NCBI GenBank assembly: GCA_030603365.1 | Contig: JAUVXV010000005.1 | Coordinates: 64,001 to 128,000, forward strand | DNA: 64,000 nt | Reading direction: 5' to 3' | Origin: Candidatus Heimdallarchaeota archaeon | GTDB lineage: Archaea > Asgardarchaeota > Heimdallarchaeia > Heimdallarchaeales > Heimdallarchaeaceae | Part shown: positions 54,967 to 64,000 of the stretch, one piece after another | Numbering within the stretch: position 1 is the stretch's first letter | Layout of the letters: each line of letters begins with the position of its first letter | Program-made: the position numbers and the translations under genes | The notes under the pieces: generated by a model | Databases searched by the model: none | What the model was told of the DNA's origin: nothing | The model's input: only the letters and a program-made list of their open reading frames with translations

Positions 54967-56433
54967 CTATTTTTCGTTGTTATCTTCTTTTAGTTCTTTT
55001 ATTGATTTCTTGTCAGTAGCTTTTGGTTGACTACCTGGCAATTCCTTAGGAACAGGAATAGTTTCAACATCTGTTGGCTCTCCAATATACCCTCTAACAT
55101 CCTTAACAATCGAATCTGTTTTGATTTCAATTGGTTGAATGTCCTTATCGATACTAGTATCAGTAACGATAGGATCAATTTTTTGTTTAATTTCTGTAAC
55201 AGTTTCAATTGGGTCAACATCAGGTTTCATATCTGGTTTTGTTACAATAGGATCAATATCTGCTTTAATTGATGAAGCGATATTTATATTATGAACTTCA
55301 ACATCCACACCTTTTGAATCTTCACTAATCGATTCTACTTCACCTCTTAATCTAATTCCTTCTTCATGTTGTAGTTCTATACCTTTTGCAATCTTTTGCT
55401 TTAACTCTACTTTATCATCAATAACTTCTACATCAGGTTGAGAAACAATTCGAGTAAATTTGATTTTTGTAGTGATTCCAATAATATCACTTACTAGAGG
55501 AATGAGTCTCTGGAAGAGTTTATTAGCTCCTTCTTTCCAAAAGATATATTTTTTTTCAGAATCATAAGAATAATTCATATCAGTGATTGAGAATCTCTTA
55601 AGAGTAATGTTGTTTGTATTTTGTGCCAGTTCTAGAGTTCCCTTCCTATCGTGATCTGTTAATTGTAATTCCTTGATTAACTTGACTTTAGAAGCATCCA
55701 TGTTTGATAGAAAACTTAACAGAGATATGACCATGAGTAGAATACTTAAAGGTAGAATATAATCCCCTAATGTTGAAGTATATGGGAGTTTCAAGCCTAA
55801 AAGAATTCCTCCAGCAACAAATCCAAATATTTTCAAAATCAATAGAATATTTCTTTCTTTACTATATTTATATGGACCAAAAAGTGAGAAATAAATCCAA
55901 TAGTTGAGAGATTCAGGATTAATATATGCTCTTGACTGCATGCCAAGAAAATTGCTTCTTTCAATTTGCTTCTGATCTTCTATCTCTCTTATTTGTGAGA
56001 ATTCAATATGGGCAGAAGCATAATCTTCTCTCTTTTGTTTGATTAAAAGTTTAAAGTAATTCTTTCCTTGTTTTATAGAACTTACAAAAGAAATATCTCT
56101 GAACCATACTTCTCGAGGACCTATCGTTATAGTCTCCAATTTGGTAGATTTACTCTTTTTAGATAGATCGCTGAACCATCCTACAACTGAATAATGAACT
56201 GAAATAGTAATAGGTTGTCCTGTATCGTTTGTGATAAAAACTCTAACAATCCCTCTCGCTTTTTCAGGTACTTGATCGATAATGGGAAGGAGTACATACG
56301 AAATTTCTTTGATTGTCTCCATTTCGATGTTTTCTCGGAGTTCCTCATCTACATCTTGGTAATGAGTAAATTTGGAAACGAATTTTGTAGCAAAAATAGG
56401 ATTTTCTACAATTTCATTACTCATATCTCTCAA
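54967..56433 (-). CDS. Hypothetical 2-TM protein with low-complexity DPI repeats
   Basis: Long ORF; IDPIVT, VDPIET, IDPIVT and IQPIEI in the tail. Confidence 0.7.
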   Translation of the reverse strand: MRDMSNEIVENPIFATKFVSKFTHYQDVDEELRENIEMETIKEISYVLLPIIDQVPEKARGIVRVFITNDTGQPITISVHYSVVGWFSDLSKKSKSTKLETITIGPREVWFRDISFVSSIKQGKNYFKLLIKQKREDYASAHIEFSQIREIEDQKQIERSNFLGMQSRAYINPESLNYWIYFSLFGPYKYSKERNILLILKIFGFVAGGILLGLKLPYTSTLGDYILPLSILLMVISLLSFLSNMDASKVKLIKELQLTDHDRKGTLELAQNTNNITLKRFSITDMNYSYDSEKKYIFWKEGANKLFQRLIPLVSDIIGITTKIKFTRIVSQPDVEVIDDKVELKQKIAKGIELQHEEGIRLRGEVESISEDSKGVDVEVHNINIASSIKADIDPIVTKPDMKPDVDPIETVTEIKQKIDPIVTDTSIDKDIQPIEIKTDSIVKDVRGYIGEPTDVETIPVPKELPGSQPKATDKKSIKELKEDNNEK

Positions 56434-56609
56434 TTAAGCATTTGTCTTTAACTTAATAATATTTTCCTTAATTTCTTCCAATAAACCTAAGATAAGATTT
56501 TAAGAAATCCATTACCTTTCACTGTGACTTGTTCTGGAAAATAGACATTACTAGTACTGTAAAAATCTTTAATAGATAATTTTGTTTATACAGTATACAG
56601 TGAAACATT

Positions 56610-58643
56610 TTGAGACCAGATGAGTTTGATCTTCCTAATGAATTCTCTCGATATGAGAAGTTTATACAAGAAGATTTCGAAAATTTCCATCCGGTTTTCT
56701 TAAAATATCAAGACATGGGTTTCAGTTTTTTTCAATCAATTGTTTATGCTTCGGATGATTTAGCTAATACAATAAGTGTTCCTGAGATTTCAAAAATAAA
56801 TTACACACAATTGACAATGATAGGATACTTCTTGCTTTCTCAATACAAAAAAGTATTAACTTTTCCAATACCTGAAGATAACTTTGAAGCAATGTTCTTT
56901 AGATTTAAATCAGCACAATATGTTGGAGAAAAAGATATTGTTTCAGCGTTGCTCGCAAATACAATTGCTTTACTAGTAGAGCTCAAGAAAAATGAACCAC
57001 AGCTTCACAAAAATTTCTCAATCATCTTGTCTATCGAAATTGCTTCAATGAATTCTGATGTTCTATCCATTCAAAAGTACTCTAAAGAATTCAAATCTAT
57101 GATACTAAATACGGTTTTGATAAAAGAATATCCTCTGCTAGCTTTGCAAGTAGTTAGCGATTTAGCATATCGAGAATTTCGAACTGGAGATGAAGCATAT
57201 TCAGGCTGGCTAGAAATCTACAAAGAGCTTGCCGAAGCATTGAATATGGACACTAAAAGACTGGATTGCTATACAATGCTTGGAGGATTGTACAGATTCA
57301 AAGGTTATCTTGAAGAAGCTTCTGAATATTATAGCAAAGCTATTGTTATGGCAGAAAATATCGGTAACAAAGAATTCATTGCATCGCTAATCGCTAATAT
57401 GGCTGATTTAGAACAAACAAGAGGGAATTTAGAAAAAGCATTTCTTCTTTGTCATGAAGCTCTGAAAGATCCAGAGATATCTAAGTCAAAACCATCTATT
57501 TACATAAACTTGTCAGAAGTTCTGATTAAACAAGAAAAATATACTGAAGCATTAAATTATCTAGAAAAAGCTCTCCAATTGACCAGTCAAAAATCTCCAA
57601 TTGTAAATTTGCTATATGGTTTCGCTCTAACTAAAATACCAGGAAAGAATAACTTCAATGAAGGAATAAAGTATCTGCAAAAAGGACGATTCTTAAGTGA
57701 ACAATCAAAGAATCAAAGATGGCTAACAACTTGCCATTATTACCAAGGCAGAGTGTATCTTGATACTTATGATTTATCAGCAGCAATTGAATCATTCGAA
57801 AAATGTTATAAGCTAGCAATTCTGAGTGAATTTCAATATATTGTTCTTTCTCAACTATATCTCGCAGAAGCCTATCTTCACAGATATAAGATATCTCAAT
57901 CTGAAACTGATCTATCGGAATCAGAGAGATATTTAGCTAATGTTATCTCGATATGCCAAGAACAAGAATTACCAATTTTAGCTGAAGTACTTTACATCAG
58001 CGGACAACTGTTAGTTGCTCTTAATGAATTGGTAGATGCAGAATTTGTTTTCATGCAAGCAAAGGAATTAGCTGAAGAAAATAATAATCATCAACTGGTA
58101 AACAGATGCTCTTCAAGTGTTGAAAAAATACAAACAAATCAAATAGAAAAGCCAATGGTTATTATAAATGAGATAACAGACATAATCAATGATCTAGCTA
58201 AAAATTCCTATATTAAGAAAACTAAAAAAATGCCTCAAATTTATTTTCTGAACATCTTTACTCATGAAGGAAAATATGTCTACTCTTACTATTTCAACAG
58301 ATTATTTACAATTAATGATGTGTTGATTTCTGGATTAATTTCTGCAATAAGAACCATGTCCTCTGAAGTGTTTGGAAGCGGTTTAAGGGGTATCGATTTT
58401 GAAGGAAAAAGACTTCTAGTTGAAAGTTTTGGAAAATTCTGTGGAATATTAGCTTGTGACAGAGACAGTTTTAATGCACGAACTAAATTGTATAACTTTG
58501 TCCAAAGATTTAATCAGAAGTTTGAAAATTCTTACGAGAACATCAATGAAGCTGAAATACTAGCTAAGATTCAGAAAGAAGCAGATTTTATGATTGATAT
58601 TATTTTTGAAAAACCCGAGAAATCAATTATTCCACCTCAATAA
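56610..58643 (+). CDS. TPR-repeat protein with C-terminal longin-like domain
   Basis: TPR helices (LGGLY..G.LEEA.EYY.KA) and C-terminal NIFTHEG...DVLISGLISAI...LRGIDFEGKRLLV. Confidence 0.75.
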   Translation: MRPDEFDLPNEFSRYEKFIQEDFENFHPVFLKYQDMGFSFFQSIVYASDDLANTISVPEISKINYTQLTMIGYFLLSQYKKVLTFPIPEDNFEAMFFRFKSAQYVGEKDIVSALLANTIALLVELKKNEPQLHKNFSIILSIEIASMNSDVLSIQKYSKEFKSMILNTVLIKEYPLLALQVVSDLAYREFRTGDEAYSGWLEIYKELAEALNMDTKRLDCYTMLGGLYRFKGYLEEASEYYSKAIVMAENIGNKEFIASLIANMADLEQTRGNLEKAFLLCHEALKDPEISKSKPSIYINLSEVLIKQEKYTEALNYLEKALQLTSQKSPIVNLLYGFALTKIPGKNNFNEGIKYLQKGRFLSEQSKNQRWLTTCHYYQGRVYLDTYDLSAAIESFEKCYKLAILSEFQYIVLSQLYLAEAYLHRYKISQSETDLSESERYLANVISICQEQELPILAEVLYISGQLLVALNELVDAEFVFMQAKELAEENNNHQLVNRCSSSVEKIQTNQIEKPMVIINEITDIINDLAKNSYIKKTKKMPQIYFLNIFTHEGKYVYSYYFNRLFTINDVLISGLISAIRTMSSEVFGSGLRGIDFEGKRLLVESFGKFCGILACDRDSFNARTKLYNFVQRFNQKFENSYENINEAEILAKIQKEADFMIDIIFEKPEKSIIPPQ

Positions 58644-58697
58644 TTTCTATTCATAGAGAAAACGTTTTTTATTTGGCTATTCAAAATCATTATACTG

Positions 58698-59888
58698 ATG
58701 ACTGTATTTGATTATACGAACGTCTCATCATCAGCATTTCAATTAAGATGTACTGCCTGTGGTGATGTTCATAACATTCAAGCAAAACACAGAACTTGTT
58801 CCTGTGGAAAAGTTTTGTTTGTAGATTACGATCTTGAGAAAGCCAAAGAAACTTTAGATTTAGGTTCTATTCAATCTAGACATAGATACAATATATGGCG
58901 AATGGCTGAAATTATGCCAGTTTTTGAAGAGAAACATCGATACAGCTTAGGAGAAGGATGGACACCCATTGTTAATCTGAAAAATATTGGTGATAAATTA
59001 GATCTACAACATCTTTACATTAAAGATGAAAGTTTCAATCCAACAGGTTCTTTCAAGAGTAGAGGTTTATGTGCAGCAGTTTCAAGAGCAGTTGAATTGG
59101 GGATAAACGAATTTGTTATCCCTACAGCTGGAAATGCAGGAGCAGCTTTAGCTGCATATGCTGCTAAAACAAATTCTAATGCTCATATCTACATGCCAGA
59201 AGATACCCCTCCTTTCATTGTCACAGAAATTAAAGCTCTTGGTGCAGATGCTCATCTGGTTAAAGGATTGATTACAGATGCTGGAAGAATAGCTAAAGAG
59301 CAAGGTGCAGCTAATAATTGGTTTGATGTTTCTACACTCAAAGAACCCTATAGAGCAGAAGGCAAAAAAACAATGGGTTTAGAGTTAGCTGAGCAGTTCA
59401 ATTGGATTCTTCCTGATGCAATTATTTATCCAACAGGAGGAGGAACTGGAATAATAGGAATGTGGAAAGCTTTCGATGAATTAGAAGAACTAGGATTAAT
59501 TGATGGTAAAAGACCAAAGATGATCTCTATCCAATCTAGTACCTGTGCTCCTATAGTGAGAGCATTTAAAGAAGGAAAAGATTATGCTGAATTCTGGGAA
59601 AATGCTGAGACAATAGCTGCTGGATTAAGAGTACCTTCTGCAATTGCCGATTATTTAATTCTAAATACTATCAGAGAATCGAAAGGAACTGCTCTAGCTG
59701 TAGATGATTTAACAATTAAAATAGCTATGACTCAGTTGGCAAAAGAAGAAGGTATAATGTTGTCAGCAGAAGGTGCTGCAACTATAGCTGCTTTAGAGCT
59801 TTTGCTAAGTAACGGTGATATACAAACAGATGAGAAAATAGTTGCTTTTGGAACAGGTTCTGGTTTGACTACTCCAGAAGCATGGTGA
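58698..59888 (+). CDS. thrC: Threonine synthase (fold-type II PLP enzyme)
   Basis: LGEGWTP, NPTGSFKSRG, TAGNAG, EGKKT, PTGGG. Confidence 0.85.
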   Translation: MTVFDYTNVSSSAFQLRCTACGDVHNIQAKHRTCSCGKVLFVDYDLEKAKETLDLGSIQSRHRYNIWRMAEIMPVFEEKHRYSLGEGWTPIVNLKNIGDKLDLQHLYIKDESFNPTGSFKSRGLCAAVSRAVELGINEFVIPTAGNAGAALAAYAAKTNSNAHIYMPEDTPPFIVTEIKALGADAHLVKGLITDAGRIAKEQGAANNWFDVSTLKEPYRAEGKKTMGLELAEQFNWILPDAIIYPTGGGTGIIGMWKAFDELEELGLIDGKRPKMISIQSSTCAPIVRAFKEGKDYAEFWENAETIAAGLRVPSAIADYLILNTIRESKGTALAVDDLTIKIAMTQLAKEEGIMLSAEGAATIAALELLLSNGDIQTDEKIVAFGTGSGLTTPEAW

Positions 59889-59893
59889 AAAGA

Positions 59894-60841
59894 TTAAATC
59901 TTTGGAATGATTTCTTCAGCCATTACTTTCATTTGCTCAATTTCCTTGTTCATTGGGAACATAAAGATGAATTGTTCGACTCCAAGTTTTTTATAAACCT
60001 TTAACCATTCTCTGATTTCTTCAATAGTTCCATGCATAGAACCTTCATATCGTTTTTCTATTTCCTCTTGGGAGAATCCACGTTTTTCAGCTACTTCTTT
60101 CCATACAGCTTTTTTCTCTTCTTCTGATTCATAGATTCTAGTCCAGACTCCATAAGATCTACGCAAAACATCTGGTTTTCTATTGTATTTCTCACAGAGT
60201 ACATCTAGTTGATTCATTTTATCTTCAAAATTTTCAGGAGTATAAGCCCAAGCTAAATTAATTCCATCAGCATGTTCAGCTGCTAGATTGAGCATTTTTG
60301 GTCTTCCATACATTGTTCCAACCCAAATATCAGGATGTGGTTGTTGAAAGGGTTTTGGAAAAGAAACAGCATTATTCAGCTGATAATACTCGCCTTTGAA
60401 ATCTGCTCGCTCTTGAGTCCAAAGATTGCGAATTACTTTAATTCCTTCTATCATTTGTTTTAGTCTGATTCCAGTTGAAAGAAACTCTAAACCATATTGA
60501 TCATACTCAACTTCTTTCCACCCTCCACCATAGCCAAATTCTATTCTTCCTTTAGAGAAATGATCAAGTGAAGCCACTTGTTTAGCCAGAACTGAGGGAT
60601 GCCTATAATTATTACAAAATACAAGAGAACCAATACGAAGTTTTTCAGTATAGGAAACAGCTGCCATCATAGCTGTAAAACATTCGTAAGCTAAAGTATC
60701 AGTAGCATCAGCTGTCATCATAAAATGGTCAGAAAACCAAGCATGAGTGAATTTGTTATTCTCAGCGAATTGAACCATATCTTTTATTTGTTCGAAATTA
60801 AAACCAAATTGTGGTTCGACCTGTAAACCATAGAATGTCAT
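59894..60841 (-). CDS. LLM-class (probably F420-dependent) oxidoreductase
   Basis: WFSDHF, RHPSVLAK, LDHFSKGR, PKPFQQPHP. Confidence 0.88.
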   Translation of the reverse strand: MTFYGLQVEPQFGFNFEQIKDMVQFAENNKFTHAWFSDHFMMTADATDTLAYECFTAMMAAVSYTEKLRIGSLVFCNNYRHPSVLAKQVASLDHFSKGRIEFGYGGGWKEVEYDQYGLEFLSTGIRLKQMIEGIKVIRNLWTQERADFKGEYYQLNNAVSFPKPFQQPHPDIWVGTMYGRPKMLNLAAEHADGINLAWAYTPENFEDKMNQLDVLCEKYNRKPDVLRRSYGVWTRIYESEEEKKAVWKEVAEKRGFSQEEIEKRYEGSMHGTIEEIREWLKVYKKLGVEQFIFMFPMNKEIEQMKVMAEEIIPKI

Positions 60842-60888
60842 GAATAGATAGAAAAAAGGAGATTAATAAATGGTTAGGTTCAAAGAAA

Positions 60889-61836
60889 TTAGACCTTGGG
60901 CATTATTTTATCCTTAAAGATTTTCATCTGCTCTACTTCTTCCTTTAATGGGAAGAAGAGTATCAAATGGTCTGCTCCTATTTTTTTGTATTCATTAATT
61001 TTTGAAACAATCTCATCTGGCGTTCCATGCAGAATTTTAGATAATCTTTGTTCAAGTTCATCAACCGTGATTTTCTGATGTTCAGCTGTCTCTTTTAGAT
61101 ACTTTTCTTTCTCTCCCCCGTCCTTGTAGATTTGTGTCCAAGCTCCATAAGACTTCTTCATATCTTTGTAGTCTCTACCATACCCATCCATCATGTTTTC
61201 CAGCTTGTTAAATTTCTGTTCTAATTCTTCAGCTGGAACTGCCCAAGCAAAATTTACTCCTTCACCATATTTTGCTGTTAAATTGAGAATTTTATCTTTT
61301 CCGCTTCCAACTCCTATCCATATTGTAGGATGAGGTTGCTGATAGGGTTTAGGTGCAGCAACAGCATTTTTAATTTTATAATACTTACCATCAAAATTGG
61401 TTCTTTCTTCTGTCCATAAACTTTTGACAATTTGAAGAGCTTCCTCAAACATAGCTAGTCTTACTCCACCACTTGGAAAATCAATTCCATACTGGTTAAA
61501 CTCTAGTTCTTTCCACCCTGTTCCAAATCCAAACTCAACTCTACCATGACTAAAGTGGTCAAGAGTTACAAATTGTTTTGCCAATACAGCTGGATAACGA
61601 TAGAGATTACATAGCACTAAAGGACCTATTCGCAATTTTTCAGTTTTCGCAGCTGCTCCCATCATCGCTGATATACACTCAAAACATTCAGTATCTACTG
61701 AATCTTCTCTCAGAAGAAAATGATCTGAAAACCATGCATGAGTGAAATCTATTTTCTCAGCTGTTTGAACTATGTCAAAAATCTCTTGCCAATTATATCC
61801 CATTTGCGGTTCGATTTGAACACCAAAAGTAGTCAT
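60889..61836 (-). CDS. LLM-class (probably F420-dependent) oxidoreductase, tandem paralog
   Basis: WFSDHF, RYPAVLAK, LDHFSHGR, PKPYQQPHP. Confidence 0.88.
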   Translation of the reverse strand: MTTFGVQIEPQMGYNWQEIFDIVQTAEKIDFTHAWFSDHFLLREDSVDTECFECISAMMGAAAKTEKLRIGPLVLCNLYRYPAVLAKQFVTLDHFSHGRVEFGFGTGWKELEFNQYGIDFPSGGVRLAMFEEALQIVKSLWTEERTNFDGKYYKIKNAVAAPKPYQQPHPTIWIGVGSGKDKILNLTAKYGEGVNFAWAVPAEELEQKFNKLENMMDGYGRDYKDMKKSYGAWTQIYKDGGEKEKYLKETAEHQKITVDELEQRLSKILHGTPDEIVSKINEYKKIGADHLILFFPLKEEVEQMKIFKDKIMPKV

Positions 61837-61962
61837 GATTAAGAAATAAAGAGGATTTTAATAAGTTTTTACTCTATTTCTTTAAAAGCAATTTTCTGTA
61901 ATATTCTAGAAGTAATGGAGCTAGCTCAATTCTTTAATCGTTTCATTGAGAGATGATAAGAA

Positions 61963-62295
61963 ATGAAAAATAAAAAAATTTCAAGTATAATAGTTACCAC
62001 AATGGTTATTCTTTCTCTTATTTTGTTGATTCCAACATTGGAAGTAAGAGGAGACGATTCTGGTAATGACGTCATAATACACAGTCCCAACGGAACTACA
62101 GAAGTGTTGTTTTATAACAAATTAACAGTTAATTTTACTGTTGAAAAAGGAGACCCTCCATGGATCTATACTGGTGCACATATTTATCTTAATGATCTAT
62201 GTGTAGATTCAACATCAGGTGGTTTAAGTTCTCCTTTTGTAAAAACCTACTATCCTGAAGGATACGCAGGCTCATATAATGTTCGACTACTTTAG
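61963..62295 (+). CDS. Short secreted protein with Ig-like start, possibly truncated
   Basis: Signal peptide then I.SP..T; stops abruptly without an anchor. Confidence 0.45.
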   Translation: MKNKKISSIIVTTMVILSLILLIPTLEVRGDDSGNDVIIHSPNGTTEVLFYNKLTVNFTVEKGDPPWIYTGAHIYLNDLCVDSTSGGLSSPFVKTYYPEGYAGSYNVRLL

Positions 62296-62485
62296 AGACA
62301 ATTATTAGTAAATCTTTTCTTTCTTTTTCTTTTTTTAACTTCCTTCTATAGGCAGACAATTCATTAGCTCTATTAGTATGATTTCTTCCAGCAATAATAA
62401 AAATATTTCAAGAGATAAAGATTTCATGTAGGGTTTAGTGATTACTTTTGTAAGATAAAAAAATGATCTGGGGGGAATTAACAAA

Positions 62486-63172
62486 TTAGAGTTTCTTTTT
62501 TCGTTTGTAAGATTTTAATATCACTATCATAAAGAAAATAAATGTTGAGATACTAGAAAACACGTAGCTTGCTTGATTAGTCTGTGTTGTTTGAGAAAAT
62601 GTTGGTGTTGGTGTTGGTGTGTCGAAGACAACTGTTTCATTATTATATTCATAGAAATATGTAATAGTAGATCTTGCAACTTGAATGTTTAGTTTTTCAG
62701 TGATAACGGGAACAGGAACTGAGCAGCAATTTATATAGTCAAACCAAAATGTATAGTTCCCTAAAGGAAGGATTTCTTTCTCATAATTATGTATATAAAA
62801 CGTAATGTATGAAATCTTAGTTGATAAACCTGAAGGAACATTATAGCTCCCAGCAACCCACTCAATAAATAATGCTGGAATAGCATAAAGACTCTTATTT
62901 TCGAAGTTTACTAGGAAGCAAGGAAATGGTATTAGAGAACAAGTATAATTTACCCTTATATTAAACTGTGTAGGATTTTCAATTTGAATCTGAATCTCAA
63001 ACTGAACAAAGGTGAAATGATTGACACTATTTATTATATATACTGGGGGATAGTTTGCATCTAAAACACTTACAACTAAGTACTCCTCATATGAAAAGAC
63101 TTGCAGTGACCCTGTGAAGAATAACGATGAGAATAGAATGGTGATTATCATCCATTTTAGTTTACGTTTCAT
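62486..63172 (-). CDS. Hypothetical surface protein (signal peptide, PT linker, C-terminal TM)
   Basis: TPTPTPT linker, TM, KRKKKL tail. Confidence 0.7.
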   Translation of the reverse strand: MKRKLKWMIITILFSSLFFTGSLQVFSYEEYLVVSVLDANYPPVYIINSVNHFTFVQFEIQIQIENPTQFNIRVNYTCSLIPFPCFLVNFENKSLYAIPALFIEWVAGSYNVPSGLSTKISYITFYIHNYEKEILPLGNYTFWFDYINCCSVPVPVITEKLNIQVARSTITYFYEYNNETVVFDTPTPTPTFSQTTQTNQASYVFSSISTFIFFMIVILKSYKRKKKL

Positions 63173-63686
63173 TCTCCTGTCTAACTCCTATTTCTAAGAT
63201 TTTGAGAGTAAAATACTCATTACTTCTACTTCTCAATTATATATCTGATTTTACTATATAAGAACTATGACAAAAATTATTATGGAACCTATCTTCTTCA
63301 ATAAATCCTTTTTCCTCATGATGTTTATATACTTTCTTTTCCTTAAATATATGGAGCTACCTTACTAATCAATTGCAGTCTTTCATTTGCAGTCTTTCGC
63401 CAAGACAAGAGATGAGAACAGACTCAATTGTTAAACACCTCTTATACTAGGTTTTCAATATTAGCTCCACGTTCTCATCCAATAAATGCATTTTTCGAAC
63501 TCAATTTATCTTGCCTTATTTTCTTTCTGTTTTAATACTGAAAAAGTTCTAAATAATCAAGATGAGTGAATATTCCAATTTTAAGCTTGGTAAAGTTGAT
63601 CTTGAGACTGAGAAAGCTCATTGTCACACTAAACCTTCATCTGAAAAAAGGAATAATTAAATATTAGTTCCCTTAATCTAATATGT

Positions 63687-64000
63687 ATGTCAATTGTCAA
63701 ATTCTTTGATGATATGGATGTAAAGGACTTTCTGTGGCTATCTGCAGCTTTTATAATCCTATTTGTTTCTGGCTTCGTAATAGGTTTTGTAAGAGATTTT
63801 CTTTGGATGATTATTCTTGCAGGAGTAATAGCAGGATTTTTTGTTATATGGTTATTGATGTACACATTGATAAATTGGCAGGAATGGAAAAAGGAAACTG
63901 AGCTGTTGGTCGAATTACCAAGTTTTCCTGAACCAGATTTCTGTGATATGTGTAGTAAAGAGCTAGAGGGTGGGGAGAGAAGAACTGATGGAGAATTCTT
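63687..64000 (+). CDS. 2-TM protein with zinc ribbon, partial (runs off the window)
   Basis: Manual translation MSIVKFFDDMDVKDFLWLSAAFIILF...WLLMYTL...FCDMCSKEL is open to the window end. Confidence 0.65.
   Translation, partial: MSIVKFFDDMDVKDFLWLSAAFIILFVSGFVIGFVRDFLWMIILAGVIAGFFVIWLLMYTLINWQEWKKETELLVELPSFPEPDFCDMCSKELEGGERRTDGEF

Noticed and set aside
63240-63400. 12-bp direct repeat TTGCAGTCTTTC and a 21-codon signal-peptide-like ORF
   Set aside because: Too short to interpret; probably gene-decay debris.
63629-63865. 78-aa minus-strand ORF
   Set aside because: It is the shadow of a more plausible plus-strand TM/zinc-ribbon gene starting at 63687.

Overview
This is AT-rich archaeal DNA, most likely from an Asgard archaeon and probably Heimdallarchaeia. 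That call is inferred from Rab-, Arf- and Rag-like small GTPases, longin-like fusion proteins, a membrane RING-H2 protein, archaeal Nre with a PIP box, TATA-type promoters and several beta-helix surface proteins. Three things stand out. (1) At 1-14.9 kb, a 10-kb single-chain type I PKS/FAS (ER-ER-KS-AT-KS-ACP-ACP-KR-DH-PPTase) sits with a putative thioesterase and a full biotin-dependent acyl-CoA carboxylase set. Both of its ACPs carry Thr instead of the phosphopantetheine Ser. (2) At 33-38.3 kb, a possible regulatory island holds a 75-aa secreted precursor with tandem 15-aa repeats, three structured intergenic elements, two wHTH regulators and a 7TM-longin protein. (3) A RuvC-II-rearranged TnpB at 24.1-25.3 kb has a stand-alone, ORF-less relative of its promoter and 3' omegaRNA-like scaffold at 49.07-49.35 kb, with compensatory base changes. 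The rest is metabolic, repair and envelope genes, including a DJ-1/PfpI gene interrupted by one in-frame TAG. All calls come from motif reading by eye; no database searches were run.
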